From positions 39,246,001 to 39,310,000 of the forward strand of contig NC_043014.1 of assembly GCF_006345805.1 (NCBI RefSeq): 64,000 nucleotides of DNA, given 5' to 3'. The stretch's first letter is position 1, and the number at the start of each line of letters is the position of its first letter. This document shows positions 11,341 to 25,781 of this stretch, one piece after another. The stretch comes from Octopus sinensis (lineage: Eukaryota). Position numbers and translations under genes: made by a program. The notes beneath the pieces are model-generated. The model ran no database searches. It saw only the letters and a list, made by a program, of their open reading frames with translations, and was not told the DNA's origin.

Positions 11341-13902
11341 ATGGATGGATGGAGACAGCAGGTTGTTATCTGAGGGAGAGTTTGTTTGCTATGTTTAGCA
11401 GGTTGAGTGACCATGTTTTCTGTGATGTCTTAGATATATTGCTGAGATCAGTGGCAGTGATTGGTCAACTGTGTGAAAGTGAAACTACATAGGCTAGGAG
11501 TATAAAAGCTGTATTCCATGGTTTATGGACTTGATGAGGTTTCAATGAAGGCATCATTGTCATGTTGAGATTGAAGTGAAGAATACATAGGAATGTAATG
11601 AGTTTTCTTTACTTGCCCTAAGACTATTAGTTAATTTGAAGTTCACTCATGCAAGTTTACTGAGACGCTCAAGTGAGATGTTGCAGGAAAAACCTTGCAA
11701 GTTGGAAGCATCTCTGACTTGCATATCATTCATCAGAACCAAGTATAAGAACAAAAGACTAATTACAATCATCTTATTGCCAATTCCATTCAAAATCTCC
11801 TTCTCCTCTCTGTCTACACCACTGAACTGCATCTATCAACAATAACTATTTAGAGATAACTGGGGTGACTAGCCCATTAAGAGTTGAGTATCTTAGTGTT
11901 GTAGCTGAAGTAGGTTGACTTTAGTATTGTTACTGTTTAGTCCCAGGTCTAAGTGGACCTACCTTTGGGGTATGTAGAGTACATTATCTAAAATACCCTT
12001 CCTTTATTTAACAAGGTAGTGTGATTGAGGGAAACTTAGATGCTGTTTCTAGCAGGTGAAGAGATCAGATATAGGTCTTCCTATATTAGATCCTTGACCC
12101 CAATGTTTTGTTGGTTTATTTTAGGGATCTACCTTGAGTCCAAGGATACATAAGGTGGGGGGGAGGTTAATCTGGTTTCCATGGTGTACAAGTGACAGAT
12201 AGATTGTAACACTCCCCTCTAGATGGGATGCTAGTCCATCACAAGATTAACTTCCCAGCCATTGCTGGGACTGGAGCAATGTGAAATGAAATGTTCTGCT
12301 CAAGAACACAACATACTGGCTAGTCCAGGAATCGAAACCACAACCTTATGCTTGTTAGTGCAACACCCTAAGCTCTAGGCCACACACTCCCACAATGGTT
12401 TATTTTACTTCTTAATATGTTCAACAACACCTTGTTATGTTATATAAGAATCCTAGTTCCTTCTGTTGGCTATGTCCTATGTAGACCTTCGGCATCACAG
12501 ACGTAAGCCAACTGAATGTTTAAGAAGCAGCTCATGTGTTCACCTTCCAAAATATATATTGCTACACTCTGTAAAAATATCTGTATCAGTTTAAGTTGAC
12601 GTTTGTACAATCAATTAAAGTACGGCTCCCCTAACAAGCCTTTACACTGGGAACACTATCCTAAAGTTTTGGATATATATATATATAATTTGGTTTCCAT
12701 TTTAAAAACTAGTGAGAATTTGTAAATGTAGAATTTTATTACTGTATTGAATATCTCATACAAATGGTACATAAGCTTCTCCATCAGCTTTTTGTTTTTC
12801 TCTGTCTTAACTCTAGCATTTACACCAGTGATATCCAACCCAAATATTCTTCTTGTTTTTGATTTTTTTTTATGTTCAAACCGACCAGATCCAGCCTCTC
12901 ACACCCGCCCTATAATGTCATTCTAGAAATAAACAATCACGTCATTGAAATTTAGAAACTATGAAGTAATGCACAATTAATTCAAAACAATGTGAATAAA
13001 TAAGCATATTTAATAAAGTAATCTGAATGCTAAGGGGTTATGCTGTTAGATGTGGTATTGCTGAATGATTAAAAAGTTCGTTTCACGGCCTCAAGGTTCC
13101 AAGTTCAATCCCACTGCATGGTATTTTTGGGAAATATCATTTTCTACAACTTTGGGTCATTCCATACCTTGTGAATGAAATTGGGTAGATAGAAAGTGTG
13201 TAGTGCTTGTCAGGTGGATTTGAACCTGTAATTCAAAAATTACATCCTCGTCGCACACATACAAGCACATTGCAACATGCTGATCATCCTGGTTCTACCT
13301 TAGAATTACAATTAAGGGTGCCTCTGTGTCTGTAGAATGATCAGTCAATTGATATTAACCCTTTTGTTACCAACCTGGCTCTAGCACAAATGTCTTGTTT
13401 TCAAAAGTTCTGAATTAAAATCTTCCACCAAACCTTAGTCACAATTTATGTCCCTAACACTAGCTTAACGATAACTAATTTATTTTACTAAATTCTTTGT
13501 TATATCAAAAATAATAGAAAGAAAAATAGATACAGTAATGAAAGGGTTAATTCAGAAGCAGGTTATTTGGTTGATCAAAAAGCCCAACCAATACTATATG
13601 TTCCAATATATTATTGTTGTTTAAATTATTTGAATATGAATGTAGGTATTTTAATTTGATCTCAAAGCTATTTACTCAGTCGTGAAGGGTACATTTATAT
13701 TTCTGTACTACCACTGTATTTCAATTTTGTTTAACAAGAATGTATGCATGGCTGTGCAGTTAAGAAGTTAGCTTTGCAACCTTGTGGTTCTGAGTTCAAT
13801 CTTATTGCGCAGCACCTTGGGCAGGCAAGCAGTGTCCTCTACTATTGTTTTGGCTTGATTGGTACTTTATGCATGAAAATAGGTAGATTGAAATTGTTTT
13901 AA

Positions 13903-14122
13903 CCCTTTAGCATTCAAACCGGCCATATCTGGCCAAAATATTTAACCTGTTTTATATTGAAACTGACCAGATCTCGCTTCTCACCTCAGCCCTACAATGT
14001 CATTCTAAAACTAAAAAATCACATCACTGAAATCTTTAAACTACAAGATAATGCATGATTAATTCAAAACAATACAAATAAACAAATATCACATTTTACA
14101 GAATAATCTGAACATTAAAGGG
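13903..14122. mobile_element. piggyBac-like TTAA MITE family B
   Basis: TTAA|ccctttagcatt...attaaaggg|TTAA. Other copies near 5180-5378, 5650-5842, 12810-13040, 23287-23507, 37757-37860, 38034-38240. Confidence 0.85.
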
Positions 14123-14329
14123 TTAAAACCTATCAAATATGTATCTGTATTTAATCTATCCCTTTCTCTCTATATATGCATGTGTATGTACATACATACA
14201 CATCTGTCTATCTATCTATATATAATTAATGTAGGATATCCTACATTAATTATAAATTGAATAGTGTTCACTTCCGGATTCTCTCACTCTGTGAAAGTTT
14301 CTAGTTCGAATCACACGTGTCTCGAGATG

Positions 14330-14630
14330 TGCCGAAGATTTTTCTATTATGGATATATTTGGGGTACTTAGGTCTGCTCAGGACTTGGTGCTTGCTTTTT
14401 CCTTGGGTGTGAGTAAGTATTTCACTTATATCTCGCGTATTTGCCACTGAAGAGGGGAAAATTTTCTTATGAATTAACCCCAAAATTGGACCAATACGGT
14501 AATAACAAATTTTTTAGAGATTTCTATCGGTTTGTTTCGAGACGCATAAATTATAATGGTTATCGACAATTTTTTGTTTCGGTATATTTGGCATTAGAAT
14601 TTTTCTTCTGCCCTTATCTTGTAAATTATT
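14330..14630 (+). mobile_element. Penelope-like terminal (pLTR-type) fragment, CpG-rich
   Basis: ctgaagagggg...ccccaaaa hammerhead-like remnant at about 14448-14487; its 3' part matches one arm of the palindrome at 32632-32759. Confidence 0.5.
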
Positions 14631-14646
14631 TATCTCTCTCTCTCTC

Positions 14647-14718
<72 letters not shown>

Positions 14719-15674
14719 CAAATAGTCAGGGATTATCAATTCAGGCAAAATACTCCACACCAGGCTAACAATATTACAAACTATAAGTAATCCTTTGATA
14801 GGGTCCCAAGTTGAGGTTCATCACAATTCTATATTGTAGATCCACGGATGGGCTTCAGATAAACTAGTTTTTACAGAGTGATATTTAAGAAGCAAGTTTA
14901 AAATAATGGTCATTACATATTATTCGTTTATTAGATTAAACTTGGCTTGCGGCTGTTTCCAGTAGCTATTATAGGTACATTATTAATAGGTTTACTCAGT
15001 TGGGGTAAATTGGACAATCTAAGAAAATTAATACTACTTTCATTAGCTATTTCTGGAAGTAATAAGCAGAGCACATGGGGAATGGCTATTGTGTAGGGAC
15101 GATGGGAGAAGATTAGGATGTTTGAGTGGAATAGAGAACAGGGAAGGCAGATTACAAGGGGGTGGGAGTAAGTAAGGAAGTGGTACTTGGTAGTAATATA
15201 AGTACACACACATATATATATATATATATACCTAAGCACAACGCGGCTACAGTAGAAGGTAATGGCAAACTTCTGAGTCTTATGCCATAACTTTCTCTCA
15301 CTCTTTCCACCTGGATCTAGCAGCTCACATGCGACGGACTAGCGTCCTGTCCAGGTAGGGAACTTATACGCCAAGGAAACTGGGACACCAGCCTTTATGA
15401 GCCAGGCATGGCTTGAGAAGGAACAAACAACATATATGTATGTATGTATATATATATGTAATATGTATAGATGTATATATATATATATATATGTAATATG
15501 TATAGATGTATATATATATATATATGTAATATGTATAGATGTATATATATGTAATATGTATAGATGTGTATATATATATATGTATAGATGTGTATATATA
15601 TATATAGATGTATGTATATATGTGTGTATATTATAATATATATATATGTGTATGTATATATGTATGTTCGTTTC

Positions 15675-16780
15675 GTTTAACATCCGCTTTTCATGCTAGC
15701 ATGGGTTGGCCGATTTGACTGAGGGCAGGCGAACCAGATGCCTGCGTCAGACTCCAATCTGATCTGGCAGTTTCTACAGCTGGATGCCCTTCCTAACGCC
15801 AACCACTCCGAGAGTGTAGTGGGTGCTTTTAATGTGCCACCAGCACTGGCAACAGCCATGCTTGAATATTTTGTTCATGTGCCAGTGAGACAACGATCAC
15901 GCTCAAATGGTTCTCTTTACATGTCAGACAGCTGCTCTGGCAGTGATCCCGCTTGGATGGAGCTGGCATGAGTGCCAGTCATCGAATTTGGTTCAATTTC
16001 GATTTCACTTGCCCCAACAGGTCTTCACAAGCAGAGTTTAGTGTCCAATGAAGGGAGGTTGGCATGGGTGCCAGTCAACGAATTTGGTTCAATTTTGATT
16101 TCACTTGCTTCAACAGGTCTTCGCAAGCAGAGTTTTGTGTCCAAAGAAGGAAAGGTATGCCTAAGTGGGCTGGCTACATGCTGGTAAAGGCCATGGGTTA
16201 TGGCCTCACTTGTCCTGCCGGGTCTTCTCACACGCAGCATATTTCCAAAGGTCTCGGGTCACTAGTCATTGCCTTGGTGAGGCCTAATGTTCAAAGATCA
16301 TGCTTCACCACCTCATCCCAGGTTTTCCTGGGTCTACCTCTTCCACAGGTTCCCTCAACCACTAGGGTATGGCACTTTTTCACACAGCTATCTTCATCCA
16401 TTCTCGTCACATGACCATATCAGCGCAATCGTCTCTCTTGCACACCACAACTGATGCTTCTTAGGTCCAACTTTTCTCTCAAGGTACTTACACTCTGTCG
16501 AGTATGTACACTGACATTACACATCCATCAGAGCATACTGGCTTCATTCCTTGCGAGCTTACGCATGTCCGCAGCAATCACAGCCCATGTTTCACTGCCA
16601 TGTAGCATGGCTGTTCGTACACACGCATCATACAGTCTGCCTTTTACTCTGAGCGAGAGGCCTTTGTCACCAGCAGAGGTAAGAACTCTGAACTTTGCCC
16701 AGGCTATTCTTATTCTAGTAGCTACACTTTCAGCACACCCACCCCCACTAATGACTTGGTCACCTAGGTAACAGAAGCTG
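15675..16780 (-). mobile_element. RTE LINE 3' portion (RT C-terminus plus 3' UTR)
   Basis: [31 protein letters not shown]...[20 protein letters not shown]...YGHVTRMDEDSCVKKC...GRGRPRKTW, then a UTR ending in the same tail as the short copies. Confidence 0.92.
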
Positions 16781-18424
16781 TATATATATATAAATATATG
16801 TGTGTGTGTGTGTATATATATATATATGTATGTATATATATGAATGAATGTATGTATATATGTATATGTATATATAAATATGTATGTATGTATATATAAA
16901 TATGTATGTATATATAAATATGTATGTATGTACATATATATATGTATGTACATATATATATGTATGTATATATATATATACGTATGTATATATATATATG
17001 TATATACATACGTATATATGTATGTATATGTGTATATATGTGTGTGTGTGTGTATATATACATGTGTGTGTGTATATATATATATATATATGCGTGTGTA
17101 TGTATGTATACATACACAAAAAGGGTATTAGTATGCATGCATAGTCTACCAGTCTTTTTCCATTGGGAGCTTCTATCTCCCAATATTAGTCTATATTCTA
17201 GAGTCAATACATGCTTAAAGTTTATGATGATTATTTACAGAATTTTTGCTCATCACCATTTCTTAATTTCACACTGAAAAAAAAAATATATATATAAATT
17301 TAAAGAAAACAAAAAATCGAAATAACATTGATGAGCAACAATTGATTTGCATCAATTATTATTTATTAATGCCAGCCTCGCCTGGCCCCCGTGCCGGTGA
17401 CACGTAAAAGCACCATCCGTTTCGTGGCCGTTTGCCAGCTCTGTCTGGCCCCCGTGTTGGTGGCACGTAAAAGCACCATCCGTTCGTGTCCGTTGCCAGC
17501 CTCGCCTGGACACGTAAAAGCACCATCCGTTCGTGGCCGTTTGCCAGCTCTGTCTGGCACCTGTGCAGGTGGCACGTAAAAAGCACCCACTACACTCACG
17601 GAGTGGTTGGCGTTAGGAAGGGCATCCAGCCGTAGAAACACTGCCAGATCTGACTGGGCCTGATGAAGCCTTCCAGCTTCACAGACCCCAGTTGAACCAT
17701 CCAACCCATGCTAGCATGGAGAACGGACGCTAAATGATGATGATGATGATGATGAATTTATGCAAATCAATTGTTGCTCATCTATGCTATCTCTATTTTC
17801 TGTTTTCTTTAAAGTTTGATTCTTGATAGACTCCTGTTTATCCTTGTCTTTACCTATAACTTATGAGCATAACATTTTTGCCCATGTTTAAATATAGGCA
17901 ATATACCGGGTTTTTTTTGGATACTTTTATCCCTTAGGTGGTTATTTTAACCTCTAACTCACATATTTCGTTCTCTATTTTTGTTATGGTTTTGAGGATA
18001 TTTAAGTAACATGAGCACCAAATATTAATGTTTAATTATAAACTATTGGGAGTGGCTGTGTGGTAAGTAGCTTGCTTACCAACTACATGGTTCTGGGTTC
18101 AGTCCCACTGTGTGGCAACTTAGGCAAGTGTCTTCTACTATAGCCTTGGGCTGACCAAAGCCTTGTGAGTGGATTTAGTAGACGGAAACTGAAAGAAGCC
18201 TGTCATATATATATATATATATATACATATATGTTTGCCCACCCCACCCTCGCTTGACAGCTGATGTTGGTGTGTTTACGTCCCCTGTAACCTAGCAGTT
18301 TGGCAAAAGAGACTGATAGAATAAGTACTAGGCTTACAAAGAATAAGTCCTGTGGTTGTTTTGTTCGACTAAAGGTGGTGCTCCAGCATGGCTGCAGTCA
18401 AATGACTGAAACGAGAATATATAT

Positions 18425-18620
18425 GTGTGTGACCGCGTGTGTACCGTTGGCGATTTTTTTCCTCCATCTTCCCTTCTCTGGATCATTCCTTTTCCTATGT
18501 TTCTGACGAAGAGCTCCGCTCCAAACGTAAAATCCTCCTTCTTCCCTTCCTTCCTGAGTGTTCAATAATACTATATTTGTTCCACGTCCTCGCGTTGTAT
18601 TTTCTTGTTTGGATTAACTT
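18425..18620 (+). mobile_element. Penelope-like terminal fragment with hammerhead-like core
   Basis: gtttCTGACGAagagctccgctcCAAAcgtaaaa; homologous copy at 57617-57820. Confidence 0.65.
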
Positions 18621-19074
18621 CATATATATATATACGTATATACATTGTGTGCGATAGAGTGTACTGGGTGCTTTTTATATGGCACTAGCACCAGTGAGAC
18701 CACCAAGTAATTATGTACATACATACATACATATATATATATATATAGGGATGGGCATTGAAAAGAAACTGATAAACTGATGGATTAGAACAAAAATACT
18801 TTGTAGTTATATTCTGCCTAAGTTGCACGGACACTATCTTTTTCTTGCCATTGGAAATACAGTAAGCAAGTGACTTGCTTGTTTGAACCTATAGCTAACA
18901 ATTCTATTGTTCACAAAAGGCATGATATTAAGAACTTAATATTGTTTATAATTAAAAACCATAGATTAGCAAAATCATTAGAATATCAAATAGAATGCTT
19001 TGAAGTATATAGTTGAGGCTCTTTATGAATTAAACTTACTTTCCAGGGTCAATAAAATAAAGTACCAGTAAAGT

Positions 19075-19320
19075 ACTTAAGCCCTTTTGTTTCCTGTGGA
19101 GCATAGGCCATTGATGATTTTTCTCCACAGTTCTCAACTCTAGACTGTCTTTTTCCTGAGGAAGGGCTTTCCTCTTCGAAGTTTTCTTAATTTTGATTTG
19201 TCATCAAGTGCTTCTGTAACTTTGCTTTTTTTTCTAAATAGGAGTTTTGGTTCCATGCATATCCATTTTTACTTCTTGGAAAAGGAGGTTCATATTAGTC
19301 TGCTCTCTATTCTTTTGACC
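19075..19320 (-). mobile_element. Old RTE-like LINE 3' end
   Basis: Minus strand ends atggcctatgctccacaggaaacaaaagggctta, resembling RTE tails. Confidence 0.45.
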
Positions 19321-20845
19321 TATCCTTCATGGGGGGGGGGGCTTTACTAGCAGCTTGTGCTCTGCTAGCATTGCTCTCGAGGTCTTTGAGGTACACAAGC
19401 CACCTCACCACAAGGACTGGACCTTGTTATTGATTAGTAAAGTACCAGGGTCAATTTCATCTACTATACTCTCTCTCAAAATGTGTTGCTTTGTGCCTGT
19501 GGCGTTATATCAAAATCTTAAACTGTTATATCAAAATCTTAAACTGTTAGTTCACAATATATATGAATAAAAGTATAATTCCCCCCCCCCTTTTTTTTAT
19601 CTATTTGAAATGTTCTTTTGGCTAGGCACCTAAGCTTCCTATTTTAGTTGGGGGTTAATGAAAACTTGTGATGTTGATATTTTTTCCCAAGATTATTAGT
19701 AGCCTTAACATACCACCCAGTTTGACATCATACCACTCTAACACTGTTTCTACAGTGTTACTGTCAGTCTCTACATGGTTGCTCAGCCTATTAGAAATAG
19801 TAACCAAATCTTCCTCGAATCACCCCATACAATTTTTTGCTAAAATAGACACATTAAATATTGCCTAGTAGATAAAGCAACCAAATGTCTCTCAAATCAC
19901 TTTTTTTATGTTAATTTTCCTAAAAATGTACGCATTGAATAATATAATTCTAGGTTCACAATACCTGTAAAAAAATAGGATGGGTCTGTTCATTCAGAGT
20001 TCACCTGGAGCTAAGCAAGAACAGTAATAACAACACTGACCACCTGGTACCTTAGAGCCCAGATCCACATCATGCTCCATTACCTCACCATATTTGTTTT
20101 ACCTGCAGATATTCAGGCTGGTAACTCAACTTCATCAGTAGAAAGGCTTACAAAAGTTGTAGGTAATATCCTGCCTTCTCTGACTAACTTATAAAAGAAA
20201 ATAAACATCATAAGCAAGATAATACTGTAACTGGAAAGATTATGTTCACAGACCAACTACTATACTTGTCTTCCAATTAGCAATTTTGTCATGTTTTACA
20301 GTTTCATCTTCTAATAAGAGTAATTAGCAATAATACTTGTTAAGTAATTTAGTTACTGTATTTATTTTGAGATGCTCTGTGTTTCTTTCAATTACTTTCA
20401 ATATAACAAAGAATTTAGTAAAATAACTTAGTTATCATTCAGCTAATGTCATGGGACATAAATTGTGACTAAGGTTTGGTGGAAGATTTTAATTCAAAAC
20501 TTATGAAAATTAGACATTTGTACACAGAGCCAGAGATGGTTTCAGCTGGGTTGGTAACAAAAGGGTTAAGTAATTTAGTTATATCTAGTTATAAAGCAAC
20601 ACTTTTTGTAAATCTCATCTAGAAACAATCATAAATGTAATAAAATATTTTTTCAGTCATACTATTGCACAAATAGTGGAAACAAATTTGCTAAGCTTTT
20701 AATGCATTTAACTGTTTGTCAAATGTAATTCTTATTAGTTCACATTGTTTTGAATTAACCATTCATTATCCAAAATACCTTTGAGATTTCCGTGATGTGA
20801 CTTTATTTTTAGAATGATATTGCAGGGTAGTTTTGATAGGTTTGA

Positions 20846-21258
20846 AAGGCGGTGAGCTGGCAGAAATGTTAGCATGCCAGGCGAAATGCTTAGCGGCATT
20901 TTGTCTGCCGTTACGTTCCGAGTTCAAATTCCACCGAGGTCGACTTTGCCTTTCATCTTTTCAGAGCCAATTAAATAAGTACCAGTTACACACTGAGGTC
21001 AATATAATCGACTTAATCCGTTTGTCTTTGTTTGTCCTCTCTGTGTTTAGCCCCTTGTGGGCAGTAAAGAAATAGGTATTTCATCTGCCGCTACGTTCTG
21101 AGTTCAAAATCCGCCAAGGTCGACTTTGCATTTCATCCTTTCAGAGTCGATGAAATAAGTATCAGTTACGCACTGGGGTCAATATAATCGACTTAAACCG
21201 TTTGTCTGTCCTTATTTGTCCCTTCTGTGTTTAGCCCCTTGTGGGTAGTAAAGAAATA
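20846..21258 (+). mobile_element. tRNA-derived SINE family 2 (partial dimer) with Deu/Nin-like central domain
   Basis: Core gcctttcatccttt...ggtcgataaattaagtaccag resembles, from memory, the Deu/Nin SINE domain. Other copies: 33815-33983 +, 45392-45617 +, 55196-55428 -, 49510-49630 +, degenerate ones at 2090-3030. Confidence 0.8.
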
Positions 21259-24235
21259 GGTATCTATGATTGCAGTATCTAATTTGTCTTTCCCACTTTT
21301 TGTTTTCTTAAGATGGCAGGGTGTGATTTGAGGAACATTGTGCTGGTATTTTTAGCAGGTTGAAGAGCCATGTAGTTCTCATTGGCTCATCATATTATAT
21401 CACGTGTGTGTGTGTGTGTTGTTTTAATTAATACTATCAATAATTTTAAAGAAGTTTCTGTTGACTATACATACATATTTGATAAGCTTTTACACAGTTT
21501 ATGGATCTTTTTCTATTTTTTGTATCTATGAAACTTTGCAATGACCTTCCAAGTTGCTTAGTTTCAATTCATGATTATGTTTCATCTTTTGAATGTTGAG
21601 AAAATGCAGCTTCAATGGTATAATCTATAACAGAATAAGATCCACAGTTGTGAAAATGTCAACATAAGATTCTATAAAATTTATTGTTGTTTTCAATATG
21701 TTCAACTTGAAAGAAGAGCTGATGTTCATACTAGTGTAGACATATATATAAAGACATGCTCTAAAGTCTTTCAAATTATCTATGGCCATACAAACATTCA
21801 GTGTGTGAGCGTGTAGGGAGGGTTGTACCTTGAGGATATTTAGATAGCCCATATAACCATTCCTTTGCTTGTTTTTTTATTCAATTGGACTAAGGCCTGG
21901 TTGGGGCACCTTGAAAGATTTAGATGATCAAATTGGCCCCAGTACTTATTTTAAGTTCTTTTACCTATCAGTATCTTTTTGCCACTTAGTGAAAAGGATG
22001 TAATCAAACCAACCCCATTTATCAAGCAGTGAAAGACAAATACAAAGACACACATATATATATTTGGGCTTCCACACAGTTTCCATCTACAAAACTCACT
22101 CACATGGCATTGGCTAGCCTAGGGTTATAGTAGCAGATATTTGCTTGAGGTGCTATGCAGCAGAGTTTGAACCCAAAACCAAATGGTTACAAAGTGAATT
22201 TCTTAACCACACAGCTACTTTCTTTCTGTTACAAATAATATACAGAACGGAATACAATTTGTATGATTCTTTCAATGTATGATGTACGTCTCATTTGAAG
22301 CTTGATCAAATCACATTCTATTTAAGTTTTAAATTTTCTTATTTGTTTGTTTGATTTTATAGTTTATTGTATTTATCTTTCTTTTGCAAGTTCCAACATT
22401 TACTTATTCTTAAAAAAACAGAATGCTGGATGCTCTTCAGTCAATCACCTCAGCTGTGGAGTAGATGTAGAATGTAAATGTCAGATAGGAAACCCAGTAC
22501 TATAAGTAATGTGCCTTGCCTAAGAGGCACTGTTAAAGCTTTTGAACTCAAAACCCTGTGGTGAGCTCTTGAATACTCTTAACCCTTTCATTACTGTATT
22601 TATTTTGAGATGCTCTGTGTTTCTTTCAATTATTTTAAATATAACAAAGAATTTAGTAAATTAACTTTGTTATCATTAAGCTAGTGTTAGGAACATAAAT
22701 TTTAACTAAGATTTGGTGGAAGATTTTATTTCAAAACTTATGAAAACAAGACATTTATACTAAAGAGTCAGAGCCCGTTTCAGCCGGGTTGGTAATGAAA
22801 GGGTTAATCTCACTGCAACTGTACTTCTTCAGTTTGGTGCTGTTTACAAAAAAAAAAAAAAAGGTCAAGTTTGAAGTGATACCAGTATTATAAAGTCACT
22901 TGCTATTACAGCAGTGGCATAGGCCAGGGCAGCCCTTGAGTTTTCCAGGCCCTGTACAATTATTCACAGTATGTCACAAACAAATGCCATAGTTACTCTA
23001 AATTGAAAGCTGTAATTAGTGCCCCAAAACTAAAAACACCTATTTCAAAAGAGCCTATACAGCAGATCCAAAAGTGCCACCCCTATAAAATCATTGCCGG
23101 ACTGCTCCCTGCTTCCCACCAACAAATTAGCGTGTAAGGACTGCGATTTAGGAATTAACAGGGGAAAGCTGGGGAATAATAGGACAATAGAGAAGAGAAA
23201 CAACGGAGTAACTCTTGCCTTAACTTATGGAGCTGTTTGCTACACATTAAATGTTTATTAGTGTGATTGTTGAGGGATTTGATTAACACTTTATCATTTA
23301 AACTGGCCATATCTGGCCAAAATATTCTACGTGCTTTATGTTCAAACTGACCAGATCAAGCCTTTCCCACCTGCCCTACAATGTCAACCTAAGAATAAAA
23401 TAATCATGTCATTGATATCTGGAGAGTATGAGATAATGCCTGATAAATCCAAAACAATATGAATAAATATGCATTACATTCGTTAAAGTAATTTGAACGC
23501 TAAAGGGTTAAAAGAACAGACGCATTCATGCAGTCCACATACCTCTCTTTGTACAGCTATTATATTCAGTGTCAAGCCATTTAACTTAGCTTACTTAAAG
23601 CAGAGTTGTATGTCTATTCAAAAGATGAGGATTTCTTCCTAACTAGGTGATATATAGCTTTATACAGAGATGGATGGCAATCAATTGAATTGCTTCTTCT
23701 GTGTTCCTGGAAATGTAATGAAAAGCATGTAGTGTGTTGGCCTGAGGGAATTTAAATTCAGGTCATATAGAAAATCAAAACTAAATAGATGTAAGACGTT
23801 TTTGTCTCGTGATCTATATAGTTTCTGGCAACTTAGTTTATCCTTTGGAAGATCAATATTGTAAAATTTATCAAGATGATATATTTATAGCATAAATATC
23901 TGACTTGTTTCAAACTCACTCGTCTTTTCTTCCATTTTAGAAATTCAATCATAAACGAACACACACATAAACTCACACACATGTGTGCATAATGCAGTTT
24001 ATTCCTTTGCTTCAAGCTCATGATTCACCCTCTCACTTCATCACGGTTTCTTACTGAACATAAATATTCACATATTTTTAGATACAGACAACATACAAAA
24101 ATTGTACTGCAAAGATATGTGTGCACACATATACACATATATATATATATATATTTACACACATAATATATATATATATACATATGTAATATACACAATC
24201 ATTTTAGCATAATGAAAACATGGAGGAAGTATTGG

Positions 24236-24267
<32 letters not shown>

Positions 24268-24829
24268 CATATACATATACAACAATATATATGTATATAT
24301 GGACAAATACTGAGGGATTATATATATGTATGTGTATGGCGGTGCCCCAGCATGGCCACAGCTCGTGAGCTGAAACTAGAATCAATCAATATTTTTATAT
24401 ATCTTTATATAAATATTGATATATATTTTAGATGTATATGTATTTATATATATATATATATATATACACATACACACATATATATACACACACACGCATA
24501 TATATAGATGTATATATATGCAAACAAACACATATATACTTATATGATGTACATCATATACATACAAATATATATATATATATATATATACACACAGATG
24601 TATATTTAAATATAAATATACATGTATTTCTATATATATCAGTATATATATAAATGATGTCTGTATGTATTTAAAATTTTATGTTGAATATATGTTTTTC
24701 TGGCATTAGGAAATTCTACCAGATCAAGATTGGACGCTGGTGCAGCCATATGGTTCGCCAGGCCTCAGTCAAAATCGTCCAACCCATGCTAGCATGGAAA
24801 GTGGACATTAAACGATGATGATGATGATA

Positions 24830-25664
24830 TATAAGTTGTATATATTATATGTATATATATATGTATATATATATATATATATGTATATATATTATATATA
24901 TACATGTATATATATGTATATATATATATATATATATGTATATAATGTATATATATACATATATATGTATATATATATATATATGTATATATATACATGT
25001 ATATATACATGTATATATTATATATGTATATATATACATGTATATATATACATGTGTATATATATATGTATATATATGTATATATATACTGTATATATAT
25101 ATATATATGTATATATATTATATATATATATAATATGTATATATCTATATATATATGTATATATATGTCTATATATATATATATTATATATATGTATATA
25201 TATATATATATGTATATAATGTATATATATATATATTATATATGTATATATATGTTATATATATATGTATATATATATATATGTATATATATGTATATAT
25301 ATACATGTATATATATATATGTATATAGATATATATATATATACACACACATGTATATATATATATATATATACACACACATGTATATATATATATACAT
25401 GTATATATTATATATATGTATATGTATATATATCTATAATAAAAGTTTTAAATGGTTCAACAATGCACTATAATACAGACAATGAGCTATATACCTGTTG
25501 TAGTTTAGTCATCCATAGTCTGATATTAGACTATGGATGACTAAATTATAACAGGTATGTAGCCCATTGTCTGTATCATAGTACATTTTTGTACCATTTA
25601 AAACTTTTTATTCTTTACAAGCAATACACAATGCTTCAAGCTAACTACAAAACTCTCCTGTATA

Positions 25665-25715
<51 letters not shown>

Positions 25716-25744
25716 TTGTATATATATGTGTGTGTGTGTGTTTG

Positions 25745-25781
<37 letters not shown>

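Noticed and set aside
17368-17575. CRISPR-like repeat-spacer array
   Set aside because: The intervening sequences are themselves repeated, the array is part of the RTE 3' UTR, and the context is eukaryotic with no cas genes.
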